A stretch of DNA of 63,568 nt, counting the filler, from Sphacelaria rigidula (Eukaryota), in NCBI GenBank assembly GCA_964200075.2. It is 7 parts of 7 records of this genome, joined end to end, with 100 filler letters (N's around TTAATTAATTAA, not from the genome) between each part and the next. Parts side by side here need not be neighbours in the genome. Positions count along the whole stretch, not along the records: positions 45,480 to 54,474 come from CAXNAA020009570.1; positions 54,575 to 63,568 come from CAXNAA020009571.1; 5 more parts are not named here. One strand, written 5' to 3'. This document shows positions 49,491 through 63,070 of the stretch, piece after piece. A program made the position numbers and the translations under genes. Under the pieces are notes generated by a model that was given only the letters and a program-made list of their open reading frames with translations, did not search any database and was not told where the DNA came from. Numbering within the stretch: the first letter of the stretch is position 1; every line of letters begins with the position of its first letter.

Positions 49491-52400
49491 ATATCTGTGT
49501 GTAGTCAACTCTATGAAGTCTGATTCGTCCGAACCGTGACATTCAGTGAGCGAGCCCATCCATCGCCATTTGCAAATTCACACGGTCCCCTGAATCGGCA
49601 CATCTCTTGAACTTTGTAAGAAAAACGTTGCGAAGACACGTAGGAGAACAGGTGTGGTGGGTTTCGGCCCGGCATGACCATAGCATGTCGGAAACACGCG
49701 AACATACACGCGCATGTGTTTTTCTCGTCATACTTTAGACTCGTCCACTTCGTCTGGACGAGTCCGTAGGCTCCACTCATCCATCTCTCCCCCGGTATAG
49801 ACCTGCCTGACAAAATGTTTTTCGCAGATTGGATCATGAAAATCAGAATTTTTGCACTTCGTCGACTCTCGCCGAACTGCCTCCGCCATTCACGTCCCCA
49901 CGCTTTCAACGACGGAAACCAGATTCTGCAAAAAAAAAAGCATCTGTCAGGACTCCAACCGCAACCTTCCACCTGATACCCCCGTCGGTGAACCAGTTAG
50001 ATCACTGTTACGCTATTACTACAGAAAAGGCGAGCGAGTTTAATCGCAGTGTGACGACGCACCACATTTAGAGGGGACCGCACTGCGATAGGACCTTAAC
50101 TCTAGCAAGTTTTACGACCACGGCACTTCTGTTATCTACTCATGCCTTGACCTACTCTCTCTACATAATACATCCCCTCACATCCACCTCCTATGCGCAC
50201 TGCCCCTGAAACAAACTACACGAGCAGCGTAGGAACTCAGAGAGCCAAGATTCATTTTTTATTTTGCGAATAAATGTGATGAGAAATCCATGTGTAGCTG
50301 TGTGTTAATGGTACACAACATTCATGATATGCGTTGTACCGTTGAGTCCCGTCTCCATTCCTCGATCGATGTTATCGGAATGAAAACATAGCAGTGAACC
50401 TCCCCCCTCCTCTCACCCCGTCCCCCGGTCCCACACTTCAGAAAAACGTATTATTTTATCGCCAGCCACCTATAAACGGAACCGATGATTGTCAACCTGC
50501 CTTTACATGCATCGCAACGTTGACGTACGTGAGCGCAAGATTGAGGTCTTCATGTCTCGAGGCAACTTGTGTCGCTGTCCTAGTACGAGTACACATCGAG
50601 ATATCCTCTCGAACGAAATCACAAAACGTACGGGTGCTACGGAGCGAGCCTACAGAGGTCAGCGTTAAAAGGTTGACGCATTTCCTCCACCTGTGTTCGA
50701 GAGTCACTCTCCTCAGGTGTATCCCCATCAAGTCTGGTGCCACCCACATATATATGTTGAGGGCTGCAAGGGTTCCAAACAAACTTCATGAGCATCCGCG
50801 CCCGTCCTCCGCCTCCAGCGATACAAAAGACACCGTTGGTCATTTTCACGCATTCGCCTTCCTCGATAACCTCACTAGGCGTGTCAACTTATAGTTACGT
50901 GCGTGAGATGCAACAACATCTGAATGGCATCTAGAAGATAACGCAAAAACAAAAGATAAAACAAAACTAAACGAGAAGCTTCTCCCGGTCGGACGCCTTC
51001 CTTGAACGCTATAATGTTGATTCGGGGCAAGATGATCGCAGTCAGTACGAACACACACCAAAAAACAGATCGCTGGGGGGGAGGGAAGGGAAAATAGAAG
51101 GCAAACATGACGCGAGGTTCCTCGTTTCGAACTATCGACTTTACCCACTGTTGACAATACCCATGTGTGAGAGATAGCAGTGAGCTTAGTGGAAAATATA
51201 AAAAAACGCCGTTTAGCTCCGTCATGAGTCGCACATCTAACAGGAAAATAAAAACGGTGATTCAACTGACCCCCCGCGTCGGTTCCGTCACGCGTGAAAA
51301 TAACACGAATAAAATAACACTTACACGTCACGAAGAGACAAAAAGGCGCGATTATCATCAACCGAGGAACAGTTCTTGTGAGGTATTGATATATATATTA
51401 TTATGTATACACATACAGGTATATATATCGCCCCAAAGTTCCAACAAAATTGCCGGAGTGAAGAAAAAAAAGACTCCCCCTCAGTATCAGTATTGACAGA
51501 AATAGTTTTGAGAGCGTCCGTTCTCGCGTGTGCACAGGTCGCAAAAAATCCGGCACGGAAAAAAAATGCAAACTAATTTCCCTGTGCAAAATCAAAAAGT
51601 ACAATATCAGAACAATAATCCAAAGCCCGACGGCCTCAGTTTTTGTTTCCTCTGCGGCCACAAGAGTGCAATAAATGAACCTCCGCAATAATCGCAGACA
51701 TTTCCCAGGATCCCCAAGCCTCTGAGCGCGGAAGTGGTCTTCCCCCAAAGGGCGTTTCCCTCTTCTTCTCTTCGTTCATTCCAGGCACTCTCACGATTAC
51801 CCACGAAGTTCTTCTATCACCCGTTACTTAATTTCCGCCTGAACTCACGCTTCATGTTCTCTTGAGTCAACACAACATTCATGGGAGGGCGGTCTATTGA
51901 CGTATTAGACTTGGCCGTGCACTCCATTACATATGTGGTCATGATGCCCTTCAAATTCGATCCACCACAATCATACCCGCCTGTCACTTCGATTATTCTT
52001 TCACTTCAAACACATGCCGTAGATATCGCCATGTTTCTCTGTTCTCGAGTCCATCGTTCACGTCTTGTGATTTAGTTTTGACAGATGCACGAATGACCGC
52101 TCCCAACAGAACAACACCATGAAAGATTCGCGCAAAGGGGGATAGGCCCTCTAGACTTGTGCTCTGCTGCTTTGCCGTAGCTTCACCTGCCGTTCGTTTC
52201 CATGAAATCAACAAGAGCATAACCAAGCAAACGGCGCACGGCCTGATTCTCGGGGAAACAAGATAACTCGCCAACAACAGCAGAAGTCGGACACAGACGA
52301 GGACATCCGGACGCGTGCATGCCTTCATCACCATCTTGCGCTCTGACTTAGCGCCATTCGTCCATTCTTCTACTAAAACTACACCTTCCACTTCCGATAA

Positions 52401-52980
52401 GACACTTGAAATAATCACACCACCAAATCGTGTTAAACCATGAAGAACTGTAACACACAATAATCGATCACCTACAGCACCATCACTGTCAACAAACACA
52501 AGAACGAGAAAAAAAAAATATACAAAGCACGACCAACAATATATATATATATTTCCATGACCGCTGTTCCTCGTCAAAATCACGATCATCACAGCAACGA
52601 TGTCGCGACAATGACCAACAATCGTCGTCAGCGTCGGATCACTTTCTGATACTAAAAAATTAAAGAAGCAGGCTACTTTGTGCAAACAGATATATTTGCA
52701 TCATCTCAAAAGTACCATTTCTCGTACATACGCTAAAAGCGAGGATCTCACTATACGTGGTCCCCATCTACACCGACGTATCCTGCTACAAAAACAATTT
52801 CCGTTTCTTCTTTTTTCTTCAAGTTTGAAATAGAAATTTGACTCATGTTGGACGTTGGCGCAGGCGCATTGGGGTCCTCAAACAGTGAGACCGCTTCCAG
52901 CTACATACGAGTGATGAAATACCAAGAGAACGCTCTACCAACACCACCGCCCAACCAGGACCTGCAAGCCCGCCGCCGCG

Positions 52981-53530
52981 TCACATTCGCAGAGGCCCAG
53001 CACCCCCTCCCATCCTGACTGTTCCAAGCGGTATGGGACCGAGCAGCCCGGGATCAGAACCTTCCTCAGGAAGCCTTGCGGCGCAATACGCTGCGAATCT
53101 CCGGAGAAACGCGTCCACCTGGTCCCATGTCAAGTTCGGATGCAAGAAACACAACACGCAAGACACAACAGATAGTTGGGAACACATCCAGCGACAAGGT
53201 GATTTGCAGATCGGGGGAGTAGGGGGGGGGAGGGAGCTGACAACATGAAAAACACGTTTCCATCAACGAAGGTTTTTTCTTTGTTAGAACGCTCTTAATG
53301 TCAACGTTCAACACACGCACTCGCACCCCTTGACATTGTTTTCGCTCACACACAATTTCATGATGAATGTACTGGGGTTGTATAACACTCTCATGTACGT
53401 CTTTGTTGGGTCCATTCAAACAGCCCCCCACCCCTTCCTATCCTGAGTACGCTCTGTAGATATGTGGAAGCACACCTCCGCACCCACCGCAGAGGCGGAC
53501 GGGCGTTCCACCACTCTCGAAACTTCTCTC
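52981..53530 (-). CDS. Possible last two exons of an unidentified gene
   Basis: Candidate exons 53530-53476 (cag|...|gtgtgc) and 53118-52981 (cag|...TGA) join in frame as REVSRVVERPSASAVGAEVDAFLRRFAAYCAARLPEEGSDPGLLGPIPLGTVRMGGGAGPLRM*. No family was recognised, and other reading frames are also open. Confidence 0.3.
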
Positions 53531-54604
53531 CTGTAAGGGGCGTGCCACTTTCCCCTCTAAACTCTCCACTCTCGATCTGGACAACACAGACGTCACATCC
53601 CCCTCATCACCTTCCCAAACACCGCAACAACTTCAGGAAAAGTTGAGTGGACAGGCCGACACAATGGTAGCTCAAATGCTGCTGCGCGAGTCAGGCATTG
53701 CCGTGTACTCCCATCTTAATACCATCGGGAAGTGACGGACACGTCAGCGGGATGAACGCAAGTTTTTCTCCCGCACGAGTACGATGGGCTCACTTTCCCC
53801 CTAAATTTTCGATGGCTCTTTGTTCGTTTTGTGTATATTAATAGCTGCATAAGTTGTTTGCGCACGACCACTCCACCCGTACCCATGCTACAAGGGGCGG
53901 TCAATTCTGGATTATTTCGTTCATTCAATGCTATTTTCCTAGATTTTCTCCGCTCCTTTCCTTTTCCTTCCTGTTTTTCGTCGTCCTGGCTTTGGTAACG
54001 CGATTGATTCTTCTTGTTTGTTGAATGTATTTGTTTTCCCTTGACTTCAATCGTTTTCGACGACCGTTTCCGTTGTGTTGAGCTTGGGGACGTGTATCTT
54101 GTTACCATGGCTGCGTTCTTCGGAGATTAGTTGATGTGCGGCAACTAATCAAATAAATTCAACCACACCGAACGATGTCTTGTCCACCACAATATTGGCG
54201 CAACGTTTTGTGCTCTGGTGAAATAAATTTCGGGTTTTGTTGGTCAAGTTAATTTAGAAAAGGTATGATGAAACTGATCCGAAGGGACATTATAACCATC
54301 GCCGTGTGCTCCGTCCCGGCTTCGTAGGGATGTGAGGTCAATGGTCACACGACTATGGCATGCAAGATCATGGGTACCCCCCCCCTTCCCCCCCCCCCTC
54401 CACACGGGCTCGGGCTCCCCGGTCACACCCCGCACACCCCAAGCACCAGAAGACAACCCCCCCCCCCCACCCCCNNNNNNNNNNNNNNNNNNNNNNNNNN
54501 NNNNNNNNNNNNNNNNNNTTAATTAATTAANNNNNNNNNNNNNNNNNNNNNNNNNNNNNNNNNNNNNNNNNNNNCTTATACACTGCCTCATGGGTGCCTC
54601 ACCT

Positions 54605-54846
54605 TCCTACGATAGGGGGGGGGGGGAATTTGATTGCACGAAAAAAGAGGCTCAAAAGTGTGTCAGACGACCTGCCACACTTGCGGTGCGCTTGTATTTG
54701 GTTCAAAACGGTTTAAATCGGTATGAACGAGCGTTATATATCTATTACAAGCTTATTCGAGTAACCGTTGCTCCTTTCAAGGACGATTTGACTTGGAATT
54801 TCGTGCAAGAAGTGGCCCAAAATACCCCCCTTCCCTATCGTAGGAT
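54605..54846. mobile_element. MITE with TCCTACGATAGGG TIRs
   Basis: TCCTACGATAGGGGGGG ... CCCCCCTTCCCTATCGTAGGA. It shares the CTACGATAG core with 55623-55868. Confidence 0.6.
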
Positions 54847-55622
54847 GACTTCATAGTACCGCCAATAATTCTATGAAGCTCCGCAGCGCAAGAGGCACAT
54901 GATCACTCGAACTTAAAACATTTCACAAAGGCAGCATACTCGGAGCGCAAAACGTGCTGCCCCTCCCTCAATCGCAGGTCCCTCGATTTCGCCCACGAAA
55001 CGAAATCGACACTCGCTGAAGTCTGTCCTCACCATTTTGAAAACATAGTGTGGCGTCGTAACGTTGCCACACTACTTAGCCCCGACTGATGAAGTCGTAG
55101 AATGGAGTTTCCCATCGCTCTATATGGCTCTGGCACCGCGGCTACCGAAACCGGGACGGTGTGCCCGCGTATCCTCGCACCTTGGTCAGCACGATAGATG
55201 GATATGCGATGGCGAGAATAAGCATCGCCGGAGTTTAAAAGTCGTCTTCTTCGTTGTTTTCAGAGTCGTCTTCTTCGTTGTTTTCAGAGTCGTCTTCGTC
55301 GCCGGCATCGGGTTCGAATACGCATTATCAACTGTCGGCGTCGGCGGCAGACGACCCTGCGTCATCACGGCCACAGGCGAATTTGCCGTCTTCATCCGAC
55401 TCGTTAGATGATGATGCGGCCTCGTCGGTTGCAACCTGCTTGGCCACCTTGCTCGCTGTCGCGGCCGGACCTGTCCCGGAAGCCTGTCATACGAAGAACT
55501 TGTCGGGGATCTTTCCTCCGCGCAGCCTGCAGCTCGTCGACACACCTACCGTGAGAAACAAAAGACGGCACAACGCGTAGTTACTCTTGTGTGGCGTTAT
55601 CAAGTATATATGATGTGTGCGA

Positions 55623-55868
55623 CACGTTCTACGATAGCCCCCCCCCGAAAAAGTGCACGGTTTCGGGAGGCAGCATCTTCACGTGAATCGAAATGGGAAA
55701 AGCCGAGAACAACGAGAAGCTGGGAATTTCCACGCTTGGGTTCGTTCTAGCCACTGTCGCCACTATGAGGCGCTTCATGCAGCCTGAACCCGAACATCAG
55801 GCGCTGTCTGGCAATTTTTTTCGTGGCACTTTCAGCTGGTTTTGAGGGGGGGCTATCGTAGAAAGCGT
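55623..55868. mobile_element. MITE with TTCTACGATAGCCCCCCC TIRs; a second copy begins at about 63493
   Basis: TTCTACGATAGCCCCCCC ... GGGGGGGCTATCGTAGAA. Positions 63495-63568 match the reverse complement of about 55792-55865. Confidence 0.7.
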
Positions 55869-58800
55869 CGTGCGTCGCTACAAATATGATTTGTAACCAA
55901 GATTATCTATATAATATATTGCGTTCCATTGTCCCAAGAAATAATAATCCAAACCATCCCACCCCAACCCAACTTCAACCCCCATTCCAGAATATTACAT
56001 TATATATGATTTATAATTGCCCGTCGGAACAATTGATATTCAGGAATGTTTGAGTTTGGGGTTTGGGGTTGGGATTTAATCGTGTTGGATTGTTGTTTGT
56101 TTTTAAAAGGGAACACAATAGTATCGTTCTCGGGCCATGCATACACCACCGCGAGAACATGATGAAAAGGCGATGGCGTCGGGCAATAAATATGCAGAAA
56201 CACCCGATGTTCAGCAGTCTTTGCAACAGGGTACATACACATTGCAGTACTTCTGTGATATTTCCGCAGGTGGCGGTTTACATATAAGCTTTCACGCATG
56301 CCACCGCTCATCCCAGAGAATATTCGATCCTCATGTTTGGGGTTTGGAAGATACTATGCATCCACTACACATTCGGAAACATCATCTCTACACTTAATGT
56401 GGAAAAACTGGTGGCCTGAAGTGACATTGGGGGACACTGCGACTACGAAGTCGTAGCTTCTGACCCTTCGGTATTTTTGTTGGATGGAAGCAACCTATGG
56501 AAGCAACCCCGACCGGTGTCGTGAGCAAATGAAGTAGAGTTTTTTTCTATTTGAACCTGTTCTTTGCGCTACAGTCGGAAAACTCAAGTATTTTTCGATC
56601 AGAGACGGTCGACATCCCACGATAAACAAGGGCCTTTATTCTGCTCCACCCCGCCAAAAATCTGAGGGTTGTGCCATGAGGGTGATCTGCTTCTGTTTCC
56701 AAACTCTCGATATATACTAGGAATGTCCAGAGGTTTATTAATATACCACAACATTCAGAAACTTACCCAAGTACGAAAATTGCCTGACCGTGCAGAGCAT
56801 AGCATAGTCGTGACAACTCTCATGAACAAACTTGTAGACCCGTATTTTTCATTTCAACATATCCGTTACGCTACAGCCGAGAAGATATCTGTTGAGGACC
56901 TAAAACGATCAACAAGACCCCTGTCGATTCAACCCGTAGGTCGTTCAATATGGGGTACAGATATGGTTTTATCTCATGACGTGAAGCGGACGCCTGGTGT
57001 CGCCTCATCCCCAACTCTGGGGATCAAACATGCTCCAGGATGAGCGGTGGTATGCCAAAAACTATGAAAATTACCACATATATATTTTGTTCCAAGAATC
57101 TCCTGGGTTTAGCTGGGAACCTATCACCACGGTACATATATTTGATATCGTACCGGATTGCCTCGCAAGGTAGGGGATAGATGAACTGCGTCCGGTTCGT
57201 GCTTCAGGGAGAGATCTGCTACCGTACATTCTCCAGTCCCGATGCTGGGCGATTTCCTCCCATGAAGAATCGCAGCATCTGGCTCCATGTCCCAAATATC
57301 GCCGAGGCAGTGAAATTGCGTCATGGAGGTAGAGGGTTAGGGTAGATAGACGTCCGGCCGAACACTTGTGCGCACCAACAGTCCAGAGACCATGCCAACG
57401 CCTACACTGGTTGCGTGATTCCGCCAACATGTGCATCCCTTGCCCAGGAGCAGTCTTCATCATTGTGATATCTCCACAGGCTATCCCCTTGTACTTGTAA
57501 CACTCCCTCTGTCTGGAACGCCCACTGGGTTGCGAGTGCGTATCCCCCGTTGTTCGTGGATGCCCAGGACTCGCCAATCTTCTCTGCACGCACTCCGGGA
57601 TGTTTCATTTTCACGAGTAGCGTTGACACTTCCATCTCTGCCGGCGCGAAGGTCAGGAGTGGGGCACTCACGTGTGGATGGACAAGAGCACGTCGACAAA
57701 ACGCAATTTATTCTCAAGATAGATACACATGTGAAAAAAAAAAGCATTTCCCAACTAACGAGTTGAGTCGTTTGGTTTACGCCCGACGGTACAAAAAAAC
57801 GTATGTGTGAGACCTGAATGTGGTAGCCGGCAAGGATTGATCCAGGTGCCTTGAATTTGAGTTTGTGTCTGCGTGGGTGGCACGAGGGTGTCTGCGTTCA
57901 AGGGATGAGAACGAGAATGCTCGGGAAAGCATAATGCTTTCATTTTTTATCATGTACTTCGCGTGACATACAGTCAATTGTGCGATACCCGCGATAAACG
58001 CTTGGCATGCATTGGGCAAATTCTTCAGTTTTGGGACGTTTGATCCAGCTTTTCGCACCCAAACAGGGAACATCGCCATGGCGTATCTTGGACATCTGCA
58101 TCACCCCACCAAGATGTCTTACCTACCCGATCCGCCTGGCTCGAGATTTCGACAACACTCTGGGAAAAAATCTAGCTGGACATGAACAAATATGACGTCT
58201 GCAGTTAATTTCAGTATTTAGGGATTTTTTCTCGCGTGCGTTTTCATGTTCAATTGGATTTCCGGGGGGCATTCTTAATACCTCGCAGCAAGGCTTATCG
58301 GGAAGGTGGTCTAGGCTCCTCTCGGTGGCGTGATGCGAAGTGTCCGAGACAAGTGATGGCGATAACCCCTGTTTGGCGGCCGAAAACTAGAACAAACGTC
58401 CCAGAACTGAAAAAAACCCGTAAAAAACGAAAAGAGGAAACGATCTACAGCCACTTCTCCTTTGTACAACAAATGCTACACCCTGTAAATTCTGGCCCTT
58501 CTCCGTCGTTTTACGCCAGAGAGTAGGGCTAGGCGAATGTTGGCCCCTTGGATTGACTTGCTCTACTCGCTGAGACCATTCTAGGGCACCTTTGCGTTTT
58601 CCGGTTGCAACCGTTTGTTTCTGGCCAAACTTGTGGCTTCGACGACAAACGGCCAAGTTATGAAAATTGCCAAATATCATGTCTCTTTTCATGTCTTGAA
58701 AAAAGTGCATTTTGGCCCTTCTTAGTGGTTTCAAGCCCGGAAAGAGAGTTTGGCTAATGTCACTTGGAATAGCGTGCTTTAGGATTAACAGATGGGTCAA

Positions 58801-60064
58801 GTTCAGGAAAAATATCCAAAACTCTGAGTTGATTTCATTCTCCGAGATAAATGAGTGGTCTCCGAGACAAGTGCAAGTTTGGTCAAGAAAAGAAAATGCG
58901 GCAACCGGAAAAACACGCACGTGTGCTGAAATAGCCTCAAAGCGTACAGCAAGATAATTGAAGTGCCGAAATCTGTCTAGCTCCCTTGTAGGGCGGGGAA
59001 AGTACAAGTACCAAAAGAACAATTTTCCAGATCTTTTATTTTTATATTATAGCAGAACAAAAGCGCTCTATTTGTTTTTGCCCCCCTTCCATCGTCATCG
59101 GTTTAGGCCTCTCCTTGCGGCAGACAAAATGAAATATGGAAAACTGCCTTTCAAGAGCGTTTACGCCTTTCACGCCCTTAACGGAAGCTAGGCAAATTTT
59201 GGCACCTAGAAATGATACCTTTCTGCATTTGTCGACACGGTTCCGATCTACCTGTGCGTTTTCCTGATAGCCGTAGACTTTGCATAACCCAAACTTGCAA
59301 TCTTCTCTGAGACCGATCGAGTCAAGAAAAATTGCCGAGACTTGTGTGGACTCAACATGTTACAACGCCTCAAACACTGGAAAATGAAATGAGCCACACA
59401 ATGCACAGAATGAAACATTACATTCAAACGTTACACGTGTCGATGACACGTTATACTAGACGTTACACGTTCCATAAAACGTTTCATACTACCTTCATGA
59501 ACGAAACGTATCATTAAAATTTCAAATGGAACGTCAACGTAACATTAATAGTGTTGGACATCGAAACATTCAGCGCTTCGATACGATATCGACTTTTTCA
59601 GCGTTTGTTTGACAACGATCATTTTCGATGAATTTCGGCGAAGCCTAACCGCGGCGAGCGCATCGAGCGGGCGCTCGCTGTGCGAGGACCAAATGCCCGC
59701 GCCCGCCCCCCTAACCTCTAGACTCTTGGGTTGGCGTGGAGTGGCAACGGCGCTATAAAACAAGCCACCAAACCCTAGACAAATGTACAGACTCACCGTA
59801 CATATACCGGGGACCGCCACTAGACAAGGACAGTCCCCGACCGATGGACACAACGCTCACGAACCTAAACAACCCGATGGTTTCCCCCCAACAACACACA
59901 AAACGAATACAGACATAATATACCAAAAATCGTATTTTCCCCCTAATTTTACTACTTCCCTTTCCTTAGCCACGCTGTTTTTCCTTCCTTCCTACTATTT
60001 TCCTTTTTTTCTTTCTCTACATTTCTTCCTTTTCCGTTTTTTTGTTTTTTTTCAACCTCCCAAA

Positions 60065-60720
60065 ACACAGCCCGGACACAGACATGAAATAGAGGAGCTA
60101 ATCCCCCTTTTATTTAACCTACTATAACACAGCCCGGACATAGACATGAAATAGAGAAGCTAACCCCCTTTTTATTTAAACCACTGTAACACAGCCCTGA
60201 CATAGACATGAAATTAAGAAGCTCACGCTTCATTTTCTTTAACACACCATGACACACGCTGGACATGGACATGAAAGAGAGGAGTTAACTCTTCTTACTC
60301 TTGAACCTACCATAATACAGCCCGGGCATAGCCATGAAACAGAGAAGTTAACCCCCGTTTTCCTTTAACCTACCATGACACAGCCCGGGCATAGACATAA
60401 TATAGAGAAGCTTATCCTCTTTTCTCTTCAACCTACCGTAACACAGCCCGGACATAGACAAGAAAAAGAGAAGCTACCCCTCCTTTCTCTTCAACCTATC
60501 GGAACACAGCCCGGACATAGATATGAAATAGAGAAGCTGGCCCTTCTTTTATTCAACCTACGATAACACAGCCCGGACATAAACATGAAATAGAGAAGCT
60601 GACCCTCTTTTTTCTTTGACCTACCATGACACAACCCGGACATAGACAGGGAATCAAGAAGTAAACCCTCCTTTTTCTTTACTCTAATGAACACAGCCCG
60701 AACATGAACGTGGAACAGCG
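60065..60720 (+). repeat. Tandem array of about 11 units of 62-63 bp
   Basis: Consensus ACACAGCCCGGACATAGACATGAAATAGAGAAGCTAACCCTCTTTTTCTTTAACCTACCATA repeated head to tail. Confidence 0.92.
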
Positions 60721-61339
60721 AAATAATAACAGATCTACTGTCCCATATCAAGTCGGACAACAACCGAGATTCTTCCTCATCATATTATAACAAACGTAAG
60801 ACAAGAATAAAGCAAAAACCTAGACATGTAAGTAACAGCGTGAAGGTTGACCACCTTACATGCAAATCGAAAGTACGGAAGATATAACCAGTACGGATAG
60901 GGTAGGGTCATCACCCATGTATGTCAAATTCCTGTGGAGGTTGGGGTCTCGTGTTGAGATACCCGTAAAACCTTCCCGGTTTCCATTGGACGGTGGAAGT
61001 CTGGTCAGCCATTGCCACAAAATTCCGACATTACGTGCAAAAGGCGCCTGATGAAGGGAAGGGATTGACAATGCATGGCATAAATGCCCTACTGAACTCA
61101 TGAAACAAACACCTTACCGATGACCGACCACATGAACTACGAGAAGGAGCACCAAGCGGTACGTAGACTTTTTGAAATCTTGAAGGGTAGAAGCTGGTAC
61201 AAAGTGTGGGGGAAGCGTTGGCCAAGCTTTCGGCAGCGCAGGTCTACTCGGAAGCATCAGTGGAGTAGGGACCCATGGTGAATCGTACACGGAGTGGGAA
61301 GATGATGTACGGGACATCCCGATGTGAGTAAGACCTTGT

Positions 61340-63070
61340 GTTATGCAAGCCGCCCTTGAACCTTACACGGTGAAAATGACCTCCCTGGAGGAAAGTACCC
61401 AGTACACAGCGGGGCAAGAACACAGAAGATACGATCGTGGGACGCCTGGATGGTTCACCATGAAGATTGCCTGGCACAAACATGGGGTACTTGTGTCAAA
61501 GGTGTTGAACTTGGTCTCAGGCCACGAACCCGTGTTGGAGGCATTATTTAGTATCGGTGAGCCAGCAAAAGAACTGAAAGGCACCAGACCACCAACGGGT
61601 ACAAGGATTGGGATATCCCAGTACGTTGGAAATATCCCACCAATACAACTGAAACGAACAAGCTGGAGCTTATCTCGAAGGAGATCGAGAGAGAGACGAT
61701 GAGGAAGGGCGGATGGTGGAGTAAAGAGTGGCCGGGTGAAGAACTAGTAGTGCTGGTGTTCGGAGTTCGTAGCGACATGACGAGAATAGAGTTTGACAAA
61801 AAATGCGATGAAGTTGGATTATACTGTTTGGCAAGAGGAAAAGTAGAAAGGGAGGGAGAACACTTCCGAGTCATAGTGAAACAGCGAGCGAGCGAGGAGT
61901 GGGAAAGGATAGAAACAAGGAAGGTCTCGGCATGGGTTAGAAGGGTAGGATGGAGAGTATGTATTGCTACCGAAATAAAAAATCTAAGATGTAGTGCACG
62001 GGCAAATGGAGGGAAAGAGAGGCAGGAAGAGGTGAATGCCTGAAAGGGGAAGGGGAAGAAAAATAGCGGCCCGAAGCAAATAGGCAAACACCAAACTGGC
62101 AAGGGGCAGAACAATCAAGCAAGGGAAAGTTGAAGTAAGTAACATGGAAAGAGGATATGAGACAAGAAGAGAGCAGATAATGATTCGGGAAGGAGGTTGA
62201 GAATAGGAACGTGTGTGGATTCGCCACAAATGAGCAAAAACGAGGAGAGATAGCGCAACAAGTGAGTAAACACGACCTGGATAAAGTAGGAGCTCGAGAG
62301 TCATGGGAGAAAGAGGGGATGGAAATAGGATACAAAGTTGGAGAGTACACATGGACAGGGAAAATGCGAGGGGGGAGGTAGGATTCTCAGTGAAGGAATA
62401 CCTGTGTGACAATATCGAAGTGATCGATGACACGAAAGTCGACGAGAGCGTATGGATAAGGATACCAGGAGAGCGGGGAACGAAGGACTTCTTCGTAGGG
62501 AACTTCTATATGCCCCCTGGGTCGAATAGTAGGGTGGACGGTATTCAACGTAGGTTTGGAGAAGTAGCAGCACATGTACATAAGTATAAAAGGCAAGGAG
62601 ATGCAATGTTATTGGGAGATTTTAATGAAATGGTAGGAAAAGCAGTCAACCGGACGATATCATTAGGTAATACCGGGGTGAAATTACATTTCCACCCCAT
62701 TCTTGAGCACAACGAGATGAAGACGCTGAACGATAGAGTACTAAAGCCAGAGGTGCAATGGACGTGGACGAGGGAATAATGCAAAGGCGAGAGAGAACGC
62801 TCCGTTCTTGACTATATAGTGGTAGAGCATGGAAAAAGTGAAGAAATTAAAGTTCAGGTATGCGCGAAGGACGTGGGAACCACAGATCACTGCCTAATAT
62901 TGACAGAAAGCCAACAGAAGGGAGCTCAAAGAAATAGGCGGGGTAGGAAGTTGTACAAATGGAGAATCAATAAACTAGATATGGGAAAAAAAATCGGCAA
63001 GAGTTTCAAGAAGAGATAGCAAAAGGTGCAGTGAACTGTTCCGACCTGTTGGGACGCGTAGGTACAGTTG
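61340..63070 (+). mobile_element. Decayed LINE (non-LTR retrotransposon): ORF1-like remnant and ORF2 APE endonuclease, truncated before RT
   Basis: APE motifs across frameshifts: RNVCG, VGARESW, ESVWIRI, FFVGNFYMPP, LLGDFN, RSVLDYIVV, TTDHCLI (about 62200-62900). An upstream ORF 61699-62043 (ELVVLVFGV...) is ORF1-like. Interrupted at about 63072 by a CACACCCTGGACAAT-family repeat. The 5' boundary is approximate. Confidence 0.85.

Noticed and set aside
60065..60720. CRISPR-like repeat-spacer array
   Set aside because: The variable halves are homologous to each other (pyrimidine tract plus AACCTAC) rather than unique spacers. There are no cas genes and the context is eukaryotic.
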